The notes under the pieces: generated by a model
The model's input: only the letters and a program-made list of their open reading frames with translations
Database searches by the model: none
What the model was told of the DNA's origin: nothing
In this document: one piece after another, positions 27,862-37,705 of the stretch
Layout: every line of letters begins with the position of its first letter
Position numbering within the stretch: the stretch's first letter is position 1
Translations under genes and position numbers: made by a program
Source of the DNA: an uncultured virus (IMG/VR IMGVR_UViG_3300028602_000008)
Lineage: Duplodnaviria; Heunggongvirae; Uroviricota; Caudoviricetes
IMG/VR virus record: IMGVR_UViG_3300028602_000008
Reading direction: 5' to 3' (one strand)
Length of the DNA: 64,000 nucleotides

Positions 27862-28516
27862 GAATCAACATCCTTCCCGTTTCAATACTAGATACCGAAT
27901 AATCCAGATATTCGCATAGCCCAAACCCAAATTCCCGAAGCTGTTCCTGACTGACCACCCCATGACCCGAGCCCTTACCTATCGCAATTCTGATCGGGAA
28001 GCCCTTCAATGCACCCATGGTGAAGAAGTCAAACTGGGACTCCGGGAAGAGCACCATCCTAATCTCAGCTCGCCTAGGATCGAGTCGGGCCAGGTTAGAC
28101 ATGAGACTATCAAAACTGCCGGGAAAGCCTGTGTACGAGTCGTACAGGGCCCTCTCAAGCGAAGTTTTGATGTCAAGGAATACCCTGTCAGCCCCGGATG
28201 CAATGGGACCACAGCCCGAGGTTTCAATTCCAACATCCATGCCTAGCTCATGGCAATAATCGATGATTCGGAGGCATGCACTCAGTTGACAAGCAGGCTC
28301 GCCCCCAGAAATAACCACATGACCCACAAACCGGCATGCATCCAGGATTGCAGCCTTGATAACGTCGAAGTCAACCATTTTCGTGGTCATTCTGATCTGG
28401 GCATTGTGGCAGTTGGGGCATTTCATTGGGCAGCCATTCAGAAAGAGGACCAGGGCCGAATGGCCAAACCAATCTATGGTGCTCAAATCCACCTTACCAG
28501 CGTAATTGACCATCAT
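27845..28516 (-). CDS. nrdG: Radical SAM protein, anaerobic ribonucleotide reductase activase-like
   Basis: STIDW.G...VLFLNGCPMKCPNCHN, VVISGGEP, LDIK. Confidence 0.75.
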   Translation of the reverse strand: MMVNYAGKVDLSTIDWFGHSALVLFLNGCPMKCPNCHNAQIRMTTKMVDFDVIKAAILDACRFVGHVVISGGEPACQLSACLRIIDYCHELGMDVGIETSGCGPIASGADRVFLDIKTSLERALYDSYTGFPGSFDSLMSNLARLDPRRAEIRMVLFPESQFDFFTMGALKGFPIRIAIGKGSGHGVVSQEQLREFGFGLCEYLDYSVSSIETGRMLIHDHIQ

Positions 28517-28870
28517 TTTAGCAGCTCCAATATCTCTTTGGCAAGGTTCATGGCCTTATGCTGTTTCATTCCCTTGAGCGTTGCAATGGCCAGGACGGAT
28601 TCGATCAGGCCGCGAAGAAAGCCATGTTGAGTATCAGTCAAGGTAATTGTTTTCATAGAGACTCCCTAGTCATGTAGTGGTCGAATAGATTATGTCGCGG
28701 TTCTTTTGGCCTTTGTCGTTGACAAAATCGTTGCAGCCTACGACTATTCGCATGGCACGGAGGTTGCTATTGCAGCCATCATTGTGGCAATCGTCACAAA
28801 GACAACGCTCTGGATCTTTTTCGGCATGTATTTCCATAATTAGCTACTCCATATGCTATACTCAAGCTGT

Positions 28871-29026
28871 TCAAGACGTGAAAGTGCCAACTTCAATTGC
28901 CCCCGTGGAGACTAGATCGGCTAATTTGCCGGTAGCTGTTAGATAACGGGTTAATTCAACTGGTAGTACTTCGCCTTCGTAAAAGTCCAGAAAGAAGGCC
29001 TTCTTTACTTTTGCAACGTATGCCAT
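28871..29026 (-). CDS. Small hypothetical protein (51 aa, below ORF-track cutoff)
   Basis: MAYVAKVKKAFFLDFYEGE...; AGGTGA RBS, starts 1 nt after upstream stop. Confidence 0.55.
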   Translation of the reverse strand: MAYVAKVKKAFFLDFYEGEVLPVELTRYLTATGKLADLVSTGAIEVGTFTS

Positions 29027-29027
29027 T

Positions 29028-29171
29028 TTAGGTCACCTGACAGGCTGGGCAAGGATGTGTCTCGGTTTTGAGAACAGGCTTGCCATCGATTATTTCAACT
29101 CCACAGGACATGCTGACAATTTTTCTGCCTTTACATAATGAGCAGTTGGAAGAATCACCTTGGCTTTCCAT
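29028..29171 (-). CDS. Small Zn-finger protein (47 aa, below ORF-track cutoff)
   Basis: CSLCKG...CPAC; TTTAAATA box about 30 nt upstream. Confidence 0.55.
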   Translation of the reverse strand: MESQGDSSNCSLCKGRKIVSMSCGVEIIDGKPVLKTETHPCPACQVT

Positions 29172-29372
29172 ACTACGTATTTAGGGGGTGTACTTATTTA
29201 AACTTTTTGATAGCAAGTGCAAAAGGTTTATCTGTGAGAACATCCTTAATAGTTTCATGCGAGTAGATCCATTGGTAATTATGGAAAAAGGAGTAATATC
29301 TGGAACACCCATGCGGCCAATGAGAGCATGCAAAGCAAAAATGATTATGGCACCCGCAGGAGGCAAACTACG

Positions 29373-30080
29373 GTGAATGAAGCTGTCGTGTTAGATATCG
29401 AAACGATCCCTGGGAATCAGGCTCAGTTGAACATGTATAAGACTATCAAATGCACCCATTGCAAGTACAATCCCGAGACGCACCCCAAGCAGAAGAAGGA
29501 TTATTGCGGAGAATGTGATGAGGATGCAGCCCTGAAGTGGCCTACAGCACAGATAATCTGCATTACAGCCAAGGTGGTGGGCGAAGACGGGGAGATGTGG
29601 TGCTTCTGCGAGAAAGATGAGTATAAGGTGATCAGTAAGGCTTATGATTTGCTGGCAGAATTGAATCCGAGACCCTGGGTTGGATTTAATGTGAAAGAGT
29701 TCGATTTCGTGCAGCTCAGGATGAGAGGACTGGTGCATGAGATACCGTTTGTGGATATTTTGTCGAGCAATAAGTATGACAGAAATGTGGTGGACCTTTA
29801 CGATAATCTGGTGGGTGGAAAGTGGAATAAACAGCAGAGCGCGACGCTCGAAATGATGTGCGCTATGTTGGGGATTGAGGGAATGCTCTATGGGAATGGG
29901 AGGGACGTGGGAACATGGTACCTGAACAATGAGCTGGATGAGATTGCAAAACACAACAAAGGAGACGTGTTGGCAACCGAAGGGCTGTTTCTAAAGACAT
30001 ATCAAGTGGGATCCAAATACCGATCACAGAAAGTCAAAAAAGAGATAATGGTGGATGAGGAAGAAACAATCAAGTTCTAG
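29373..30080 (+). CDS. Stand-alone DnaQ/PolB-like 3'-5' exonuclease with Zn-finger insertion
   Basis: LDIET, GFNVKEFD, HNKGDV; CTHC...CGEC insert; GTG start after AGGAGG. Confidence 0.85.
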   Translation: MNEAVVLDIETIPGNQAQLNMYKTIKCTHCKYNPETHPKQKKDYCGECDEDAALKWPTAQIICITAKVVGEDGEMWCFCEKDEYKVISKAYDLLAELNPRPWVGFNVKEFDFVQLRMRGLVHEIPFVDILSSNKYDRNVVDLYDNLVGGKWNKQQSATLEMMCAMLGIEGMLYGNGRDVGTWYLNNELDEIAKHNKGDVLATEGLFLKTYQVGSKYRSQKVKKEIMVDEEETIKF

Positions 30081-30529
30081 TACGTTACCTTACCACCAGT
30101 TCCTATATTTTTTGATCTAAGCAATGGATTTTTCTGAGCTGCTATGTTGGCACTATCCGGATGGAAAGTTCCAATAGGCAGGCCACCACCACCTGAAGAG
30201 CCACTACCACTACTTTTCTTAGCCGCTACCCAAGTACCCTGCTTGGGCTTGGGAGCTACGTAGGGAGTGGGTTTGCCCCAGTTGGTTGGACTATAGATGC
30301 TCTTAGCCGGGGTTTTGGCTACAGTTTTGAACTCAATGGTTCGAGTGGGTATTGACGCTGCCTTCGTAGAAGATGATTGAGTTTTGATTGTGCCTGTCGA
30401 AAAGGACGATGCCGGAGGAGTTCCTGATTTAAAGGAACTGGCTCTCGATGTGCCACCTGACTTCAACCAAGATGAGGTGGTTTTGGTCAGGACTTTGGCA
30501 CTTACTGCCTTAGTTTTAAACGTTCCCAT
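30077..30529 (-). CDS. Basic Ser/Thr/Lys-rich low-complexity protein
   Basis: Own TATA box; composition; starts MGTFKT like the giant protein. Confidence 0.65.
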   Translation of the reverse strand: MGTFKTKAVSAKVLTKTTSSWLKSGGTSRASSFKSGTPPASSFSTGTIKTQSSSTKAASIPTRTIEFKTVAKTPAKSIYSPTNWGKPTPYVAPKPKQGTWVAAKKSSGSGSSGGGGLPIGTFHPDSANIAAQKNPLLRSKNIGTGGKVTY

Positions 30530-30596
30530 TGGTGATCACCATAGATAAGTAGGGAGTGCATATTAATATAACTTTCTGCGATAAAAATAGGTTAGA

Positions 30597-30971
30597 TTAA
30601 GGTGATATGTTGGTAACTTGATATTGAGTAGCTTCTATTGTGACCGTAATTGGATAGTCAATTTGAGCTGGGGGGAGACGGAAATCTTCAGCTCGCTTGA
30701 GCACGAGCATGACACTCAGGTTCTTGCCTGGCGTGACAGCATCTCCAACACCGCCACGAGTTTTGCCATCAATCATTAAGCAAATGTCCTTGAGCATGCC
30801 TAATTTATCGACGGAATGAGTTATGGCCGTAATAACAAGAAGCTCATTTGGTTCACATCGGTATTCTTCCGCTTTCCCATCTAGGGTGTAATAGTGGTTG
30901 TCTCCGACTCGTACAGCCATTCCTGGGGTTGCCGGGCGCTGTTTGAAATCAAACGTGACAATGAACTTCAT
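30597..30971 (-). CDS. Hypothetical protein
   Basis: 4-nt overlap with DUF1699 gene. Confidence 0.65.
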   Translation of the reverse strand: MKFIVTFDFKQRPATPGMAVRVGDNHYYTLDGKAEEYRCEPNELLVITAITHSVDKLGMLKDICLMIDGKTRGGVGDAVTPGKNLSVMLVLKRAEDFRLPPAQIDYPITVTIEATQYQVTNISP

Positions 30972-31270
30972 ATTTTGAGCACCTCGGGAATCTCTACTTC
31001 TGGTATTTCGATATCTACGAGGTTGCCTTGCTTGTCTTTCCGGATGCCTTGGATGCTCCCAGTGAGACAGAGAATCTTCTTTTGGAGTAGCAATTCTTTG
31101 GCTGCGGCGGCCAAGCTCTTGTCAGACGAGGGCGGAATTTGGATGACTTTGATTCGGGGCTTAGCGGTTATTTGCAGGATGTGATTCATACTTGGCCGGA
31201 ACGCAAAGACCACGGCCTTAGTTTTAACGGCATCTAATTCGCTAATATTATTGATAATTGTCGCACGCAT
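30968..31270 (-). CDS. DUF1699-family protein
   Basis: FAFRPS...VIQIPPS...GSIQGIRKD matches the recalled DUF1699 pattern (LAFRPS, IQLPKS, GHRKD). Confidence 0.75.
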   Translation of the reverse strand: MRATIINNISELDAVKTKAVVFAFRPSMNHILQITAKPRIKVIQIPPSSDKSLAAAAKELLLQKKILCLTGSIQGIRKDKQGNLVDIEIPEVEIPEVLKI

Positions 31271-31461
31271 AGGACTTATTTAGGAACTTAACTTAGATAA
31301 AGTTTGTGGTTCTTGAGGTAAACCAGACAGGTTGTAATCTTGAGGACTTTACAACTGGAGACATGTCGGTGTAGGTGGGTAGTCAGGTAATTATCACGAT
31401 TAATCTGTAATGATTAAATGTGTTGTTGTATAGTCGTGTAACTGTAGGTGAGGAAGTCGGT

Positions 31462-31544
<83 letters not shown>

Positions 31545-31909
31545 AACGTTGCGTCTGATTTTTTGTACTATTTTTCACCCATTCACCGACAAACCGACAA
31601 AAAAGGCATGTTCCAAGATAGAAAAGGGCTACTTTACTGCAAAAAAGGTCATTGCATAGTGATATAGGCTTAAATGATAGTTACTTCAAAGTTGTACCAT
31701 GCTAAAGGTTTGAAGTAACTTAGGATGCTTTTTAGCTAAATACCTATATCTAGTTTTTTTCTGTCGGGGGAGGCATGGTCGTAAGGCCGCTAGATACCGC
31801 CACTTCCTAAATCGTTCGCCCGTTGCTGGTTCCAAAAACAGCCTCTTAATAGCGAAAATGCCCATTTTGTGTCGGAAACTAGACGGTTGGGTGTAAGAAA
31901 AAAGAAAGC

Positions 31910-34645
31910 TCAGGTTTTTGGAGGCAAATCACCCCCGGAATCGTGTATGGCCGGCAGTGCGGAAGCCTTAATGTACCATCCTCTGATCTGAGCCCCATTA
32001 ACTGAGGCTTGGCATTGAAGATTTCGGCCATCCCCATGGATGAGAACGCCCATTTCCTTCAAAACCCGAGTCATGCTCTGCTTATTTGGTATCTGGTCAA
32101 ATACGCCCTTCTTATCCATAGCATCCAGCGTAGGTCCTGGGATAAGGAATAAGCCCTTCGGATTCCATTTTCCGATGACGGGTATATTTCCCATGCTTCT
32201 CATGGTTGTACTGCTCTGGACAATGGAAGGGTTCGACGCTACCATTTCTTGGACCGCAGCAATGAACCTGGCCCCCTCCGTCTCCGCGCTTACTTGCTCG
32301 CCCTGCGCCGTAATAACCTCAGTCAGGGCTGCCAGGAACTCTTTCCGGTATTCTGTAAAGACCTCTCCGAGGGGTGATACCTCCAACAGCTCCCAGGTGC
32401 AGGCCAGCATAGCATAAATCGATGACAAGCGGCCTGCATTGGCAAACTTGAGCTTATTGAAATTAGCTGAAAAGTCCACCTGGTAACGGTTGAAATTGTC
32501 TCCAAGAACTTCTTCTGTTTCGTGTAGGAATTTCATCCAGTGATAACCCACTGTTGGGATATGCTCCTTATGTTCTCCTAACTTGGCCAGTGCATCGGAA
32601 GCTATCTTTTTTTGCTCGGTTTTCATGCTCCAATCCAGTCCTAGAACCCTGGCTGTAGTAGAAGCTTCCTGAGGTTGCACCTCACCCGTGATGATGGGCG
32701 TACTCAAGAATTGAATCGTCTCACGAAGACCTCCCTCCTTCCGGCTCCTGATTTTCTCAAACCCCTCCATGATTTTGTGAATAAGTTGAACATAACCCTC
32801 GACATCCTTCTTTCTATCAACTATCTTAACATCGTCATAGATCTGGGGCATGATCCCAGCCGCTATGAACACGTCCATGGCCCCGTTGATCGTACTTGAC
32901 CCCCGTCCGGCCATCAGAGTAGGCCCGTCGAGGTATTTCCGCCCCCACATGCCCATGGCATAGGTCGTTGTGTATGTTTTGAAGTTCCCTGACGATCCCC
33001 ATATGCCTAAAGCAATCCTATTTCTTGGATACCATCGGGCAACCGCAGGGGCTCCCAAGATTGTGGTTACCAAAATACAGGAATATTTATGAACCATAAA
33101 CAGGTTACGGATAACGTTCTTAGCATCTTCGATATCTCCGTCATGAACATGTACTGGCGTTTGAGATGATAATTCGAACAAAACATTCTTATTTGGCTCG
33201 TAACCAGGAATTAGAGGCAGATTACCATCCCAAGCTGGCTTTTTCACCTTAATATAGACCTTCACGTTTTTCGACATGCGCTGAACGTGCTTCCATTCCA
33301 GCTCGCCTATCTCATTGGCTGTGCCGAAGTTATTCGTCAGGGCATTCCAGAACTCTTTACCGCCGACTGTAGTCGATGATAACGTAAATTCTACATCTCT
33401 TCCATCCTTCGCTCCTTTTCCTTTGAGCAAGAAATCAGTTACCCCGTCGCACCTGGTCTCAGTGTCCACCCACAGGGCGCAGTCTGACATCCACACGGCT
33501 GATCGCTTACTAGCGGCCATCTTATTAGGCATGATTCGAACTATGGTTCCATTGCTCTCCAGCATACCGAATGATCCTATCGCGCTGCTCAGATCTACCT
33601 TCACAATCCCGGTCTGCAGGTCTATCTCAGCCTCTTTCTCGCTGATGAGCCCCCTAGACACGGCATGCTGCAGGACCTTCTCGACTAGCCTCCGATCCTT
33701 CAGCATCCCGGTGCCGGCCATCTCCCAGGGTATCGCCCCGCACTCGCACGCCAGCCATTCCCAGGCATCTCCGCCCTTATTCAGGCCATCATGCATGTAA
33801 CAATAGATCCCTGCTTCGGGGTTCACCACTACATTCTTCCCGGTCGTACTGCCCAGGGTGGGATGGGGACCCAGGAGCTGCCCTCCGGACTGAGTAAACT
33901 TGGACGTATCAATTACATCCATAATATCGATATGCGGAAGGCTTGCTGTCCGGTTTGCATTCTCGCCCTTGTCGAGCACTTTAGGCTCCGCATCCATGAA
34001 CTTGGCCACGGCTTTCAGTACCGGTATGGTTCTATCTTCCTGTGGGAAGCAGTATTCCGACAATCTATCCCCCGTTAGCGAAAGATGTCTCCCACTTTCA
34101 TATAATTCTAATGTATTGAAGACGTTCAAACCCTTATTGAATTTGGCGAACGCACCAGGCTTGGCTGCAAATATTCGCTCCTTAGTCTCCTGGGTCATAT
34201 CATTTTGCGGCCCGTCACCCACCAGTTTATTCCGGTCGATGTTTCCCATAATAAAGAAGCGGATACCGCATTTTGAAGGTGAAATTTCCACGTAAAACGG
34301 CAAAATCAATAGCAGGAAGTTTGATGCCCATGTACTTAATTCTAGTGTTTGGGGGTCAACGCAGCAGTCTATGTCTCCCCCGATGAGTACTGGGAGAGCT
34401 GCCTGAGGCGCACGGTACATGAGGAATCCAATTGCCTCTACGGGATGTGGTTTATCCTCAAAATTTACCAGTTCTTTTCTCTCAACGGCAGCCAGGGCCT
34501 CCTCGAAGGTTAGCCAATTTTCGGGATGCTTAGGCCATGCTTTGGCCGTTAGTCCCTTTTTTCCCTTGACAAATGGCTGCTTTTGCACTCGGCAGCAGAA
34601 CTGCCGCAGTGCTCTCATGGATTCGGGAATCGCGTCGTAGTTCAT
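31910..34645 (-). CDS. Primase-polymerase fused to helicase (Prim-Pol + Zn-binding + DUF927/Cch-like AAA+ ATPase)
   Basis: WLTFEEA, DIDCC, EISPS..GIR, ELY..GRH.SLTG; HP..GSTTG.N; Walker A GSSGNFKT, Walker B IYDD. Confidence 0.85.
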   Translation of the reverse strand: MNYDAIPESMRALRQFCCRVQKQPFVKGKKGLTAKAWPKHPENWLTFEEALAAVERKELVNFEDKPHPVEAIGFLMYRAPQAALPVLIGGDIDCCVDPQTLELSTWASNFLLLILPFYVEISPSKCGIRFFIMGNIDRNKLVGDGPQNDMTQETKERIFAAKPGAFAKFNKGLNVFNTLELYESGRHLSLTGDRLSEYCFPQEDRTIPVLKAVAKFMDAEPKVLDKGENANRTASLPHIDIMDVIDTSKFTQSGGQLLGPHPTLGSTTGKNVVVNPEAGIYCYMHDGLNKGGDAWEWLACECGAIPWEMAGTGMLKDRRLVEKVLQHAVSRGLISEKEAEIDLQTGIVKVDLSSAIGSFGMLESNGTIVRIMPNKMAASKRSAVWMSDCALWVDTETRCDGVTDFLLKGKGAKDGRDVEFTLSSTTVGGKEFWNALTNNFGTANEIGELEWKHVQRMSKNVKVYIKVKKPAWDGNLPLIPGYEPNKNVLFELSSQTPVHVHDGDIEDAKNVIRNLFMVHKYSCILVTTILGAPAVARWYPRNRIALGIWGSSGNFKTYTTTYAMGMWGRKYLDGPTLMAGRGSSTINGAMDVFIAAGIMPQIYDDVKIVDRKKDVEGYVQLIHKIMEGFEKIRSRKEGGLRETIQFLSTPIITGEVQPQEASTTARVLGLDWSMKTEQKKIASDALAKLGEHKEHIPTVGYHWMKFLHETEEVLGDNFNRYQVDFSANFNKLKFANAGRLSSIYAMLACTWELLEVSPLGEVFTEYRKEFLAALTEVITAQGEQVSAETEGARFIAAVQEMVASNPSIVQSSTTMRSMGNIPVIGKWNPKGLFLIPGPTLDAMDKKGVFDQIPNKQSMTRVLKEMGVLIHGDGRNLQCQASVNGAQIRGWYIKASALPAIHDSGGDLPPKT

Positions 34646-34889
34646 GAAATCACTCTGCTTGGCGTTTCAGATAATCCATGACTGCATCGTGGATAAAGAT
34701 AGATCTAGCTATACCTGTATTAGTACACAGTTCATTTATAGATTTGGTTTCCTCATTTGTAAACCTGGCTGTTATTGCTGTACTCGATTTTCGTCCCATG
34801 CCTCGTTCGGACTGCATAAATCACATGTTGTACACCCGTGTATTTAACGGTTGTGCCTATACAAAATGAAGACTAAATTGGATAAAAAA

Positions 34890-35034
34890 GACAAGACTTA
34901 TTTGTCCTATTAGACACAATGGTCAACAAATTTATGTCTTTGATGTATATCATGACAAGACTTATTTGTCCTATTAGACACAATGGTCAACAAATTTATG
35001 TCTTTGATGTATATCATGACAAGACTTATTTGTC
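34890..35034. repeat. Exact 64-bp tandem repeat (2 copies + 17 bp) containing three GACAAgacttatTTGTC inverted boxes
   Basis: Units 34890-34953, 34954-35017, partial 35018-35034. Confidence 0.95.
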
Positions 35035-35080
35035 TCATTTAACCAAACCTTTAAGTATAAGCATGACACATGTGGATTAT

Positions 35081-35263
35081 ATGAGAAAAAACAACTTATC
35101 CGTCAGGGTAACTTTGCCAGTGGAGACGGTTGACTACTTTGATAGTCATAAAGAGCTGAATCTATCTGGCGTAACTGCATCATTACTCAAAGACTTCATT
35201 ATCGAGCATCCCGATATTATGAAGAAAACCGGCTCGGTAAAGCAAAACTCGATCATGGATTGA
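35081..35263 (+). CDS. Probable ribbon-helix-helix DNA-binding protein
   Basis: SVRVTLP.E...LNLSGV..LL..FI pattern; promoter at 35042-35059. Confidence 0.6.
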   Translation: MRKNNLSVRVTLPVETVDYFDSHKELNLSGVTASLLKDFIIEHPDIMKKTGSVKQNSIMD

Positions 35264-35264
35264 A

Positions 35265-35495
35265 ATGCCCGTCTTCGTATTATCCAAAGAACCCGGTCCC
35301 AAGCTCAACTGGATGGAGAAGCAGACCAAAAAGGCAGTCCTGTTCCATCTAGTGGACTCAAATGGTAATCAGGAAGCTTACTGGATTCCAAAATCACAGT
35401 CATCCCTTGTACCGCACGAGGGTTTCTTTAAAGTAGAAATAACTAAATGGGCCTGGGAGAATAGATCTCCTGCTAAGGGCATTGGTTGCTTGTAG
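35265..35495 (+). CDS. Small hypothetical protein
   Basis: TKKAVL...WIPKSQ...I.KW motif common in viral small beta proteins. Confidence 0.65.
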   Translation: MPVFVLSKEPGPKLNWMEKQTKKAVLFHLVDSNGNQEAYWIPKSQSSLVPHEGFFKVEITKWAWENRSPAKGIGCL

Positions 35496-35505
35496 GTGTT
35501 TTGAA

Positions 35506-35823
35506 ATGAGAAAAGTAGGAACTGTAATAGATAACCGAAAAAATCAACCAGCCGTTGATGAGGAAGCCGTGAATGAACAGATATCGGAATGTGATCTATG
35601 CAAAGCCGTTGGTATTGCACATGACCGATTTATGATACTTTCAGACGAGCTTGAAAAAATAATGGAGCGTGAAGGGAGTCAAAGGTGGAGCGACATAATA
35701 CTTGAGGTTATGGGTATGTGCAAAACGCCCTTGGAGTTGGTAATGATGGGGATTAATCTCGGCCGGTTCATGCAGGTGGAGCAATGTGATATGTGCGAAT
35801 CTGATGCCGAAAACAATGGATAG
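35506..35823 (+). CDS. Hypothetical protein
   Basis: AGGTG RBS; co-oriented. Confidence 0.6.
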   Translation: MRKVGTVIDNRKNQPAVDEEAVNEQISECDLCKAVGIAHDRFMILSDELEKIMEREGSQRWSDIILEVMGMCKTPLELVMMGINLGRFMQVEQCDMCESDAENNG

Positions 35824-35853
35824 AAAAGTTTAAATCCTTTGCGTACACACAGC

Positions 35854-36534
35854 ATGGCCATGGCGAAAATCTTGGCTATACTCTTTATCCTGGTTTCCCT
35901 GGGGGCTATCCCTGGGCTGGCCACTATTCCCGAACCATATTATGTGAATGCTACATGGACGGACCATAGCCTGCATGGTCTCAAAACCCTAATTGGTGAT
36001 CATTTTACCGTACCCTACCAGGTCGGCACGTTTGACTGTGGTGAGATGTCAGCCTACTTGGAATGGCTGCTGCAGTGCCATGGCTTCGAGGCCGGCTTCT
36101 GCATGGATGGCACCGGTCCCTGGGTGATTGCGAAGGATGCTGGTTACAGCACCCATATGTGGGTAACGGCAGAGCTGCATAACGACACCACCGGGGCCTT
36201 TACAGGCCGTGTATATATAGAGCCCACAGCCACGCCCATCCACGTAATTTCTTGGGGTGACCCCGCGTGGGGTAGGTATGCTCGCCCCCAATCAACCATG
36301 TTCCTGGGAATGAAGCATTTTGCGACTATCTATGATGTCTTATCCGGGTTTACTGCAACCACGGAGGATAACGATTCCGTTAAGTTGCTTGAATCCGAAG
36401 TGGACTGGTGGGTGTATGGTATGAATTTGACTACACCCGCGTTTTCTTACAGAGGCATAACCGAGCAGGATATCATAAATCTCAGAAAACAAGTAGCTGC
36501 AAAAAAAGAGTATGGGACCTTCAGAACTAAGTAG
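35854..36534 (+). CDS. Secreted transglutaminase-like cysteine protease
   Basis: Signal peptide; FDCGEMS...THMWV...YIEPT (Cys-His-Glu order). Confidence 0.65.
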   Translation: MAMAKILAILFILVSLGAIPGLATIPEPYYVNATWTDHSLHGLKTLIGDHFTVPYQVGTFDCGEMSAYLEWLLQCHGFEAGFCMDGTGPWVIAKDAGYSTHMWVTAELHNDTTGAFTGRVYIEPTATPIHVISWGDPAWGRYARPQSTMFLGMKHFATIYDVLSGFTATTEDNDSVKLLESEVDWWVYGMNLTTPAFSYRGITEQDIINLRKQVAAKKEYGTFRTK

Positions 36535-36991
36535 TGACGGGTCCTTCGTCGCCCTCGTCGAAGCTGGGGGCGTCCTGCAGCTTTACTATTTTGAGCTGGT
36601 CCTGTTCGACACCCAGGGATCCAGTGGACAGCTTTCCACCGAGCTTGGATACGTCGAAGGTTATGGTACCATTATCTTCGATCTTGTAGGCGTTGGGTCC
36701 GATGATGGCTTCCATGTCTCGGATGAAGTTGCCTTCGATAGCCTTGAACCCGAGATGCATTAGCTCCATGATTTTGACTGTAGCCTCACCGTACTTTCTT
36801 GCCTCTGCAGGAGAGAAACCATCGTCTACCCGGTTGGCCATGCCCTCACGGGTCTCTTTGGACAGCTCCCCGAAGGCGTCCTGGGCCGCGGCCTTGAGTC
36901 GGTCCATGCGCTCTTCCAGTTTGTCGTAATCGTCTGCTAATTCTCTGCGAATGCCCTTTACAGCGGTATTGTCTTTCAATTGTTCTACCAT
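36527..36991 (-). CDS. Hypothetical protein
   Basis: 154 aa, own TATA-like promoter. Confidence 0.7.
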   Translation of the reverse strand: MVEQLKDNTAVKGIRRELADDYDKLEERMDRLKAAAQDAFGELSKETREGMANRVDDGFSPAEARKYGEATVKIMELMHLGFKAIEGNFIRDMEAIIGPNAYKIEDNGTITFDVSKLGGKLSTGSLGVEQDQLKIVKLQDAPSFDEGDEGPVTT

Positions 36992-37170
36992 ATACGGTTA
37001 TAGGGGCGAACTTACATAAAAGCTTATCTTAGAAAAAATTTTACATATTTCTACCATCTTACCTTTCGTTAGCAGTGGAGCATGTAAACTTTTGAGTTTA
37101 CGTATACTTTTTAATTTACGAATTAGTATTTATACCCCCCGTGTCATGTAGTACTTGGAGTGAACCAAGA

Positions 37171-37413
37171 ATGGCCTTTATACCCCTCGCAAAGATGGGC
37201 AGCGCCGGTCTGGTGCTGTCTGGTTATGGAACGCCCTATTTGAAGCAAGCCTCATACGAAAAGGGATTCAACCCCTCCCACCTGCAGCCCTACCAGCAGG
37301 CCTTTAGCACTGCATCCAAGGAGTGCTCTGCGGCCACCCGTGGTATGACTGGCATGGAGAGAGCCAAGGCCAAGAGCGCCTGCATGAGCAGCGCCCTCGG
37401 TGGCAGAAGGTAA
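37171..37413 (+). CDS. Small basic protein
   Basis: GGAGTG RBS, GC-rich codons, T-rich tract downstream. Confidence 0.65.
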   Translation: MAFIPLAKMGSAGLVLSGYGTPYLKQASYEKGFNPSHLQPYQQAFSTASKECSAATRGMTGMERAKAKSACMSSALGGRR

Positions 37414-37447
37414 GCTCCGGCTTATCTTTTCCCATACCTTCTCTGAT

Positions 37448-37705
37448 TTATTTTAAAATAGTAAGCAACGTTTCTCTTATCAGATTGTCTCCCTTGAATA
37501 GATCTTTCATCGTGTAGAATTCATCACCAACCCGCAGGATGGGTGCGGATAGTGAAAATACGCCGTTAATCCGAAGCTCCGTCAAAGCCTCTGGCGTGCT
37601 CATGTCCACGGTTTTGAAGCTCAACGGGGGCATGGCTGCCTTCAGCGCTTCGCATTTGGGACAGTTCTTGGTTGAATAAATTATGTATGATTTATCGTTT
37701 TTCAT
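37448..37705 (-). CDS. Glutaredoxin-like (NrdH-type) protein
   Basis: IYSTKNCPKC...SAPIL. Confidence 0.85.
   Translation of the reverse strand: MKNDKSYIIYSTKNCPKCEALKAAMPPLSFKTVDMSTPEALTELRINGVFSLSAPILRVGDEFYTMKDLFKGDNLIRETLLTILK

Noticed and set aside
34890..35034. Mini-CRISPR array (three 17 bp palindromic repeats with 47 bp spacers)
   Set aside because: The two spacers are identical, so this is a tandem duplication; repeat is too short and no cas genes are present
34919..35080. N-terminal extension of ORF 34919-35263
   Set aside because: It reads through the tandem repeat and upstream of the promoter; the start at 35081 is more plausible
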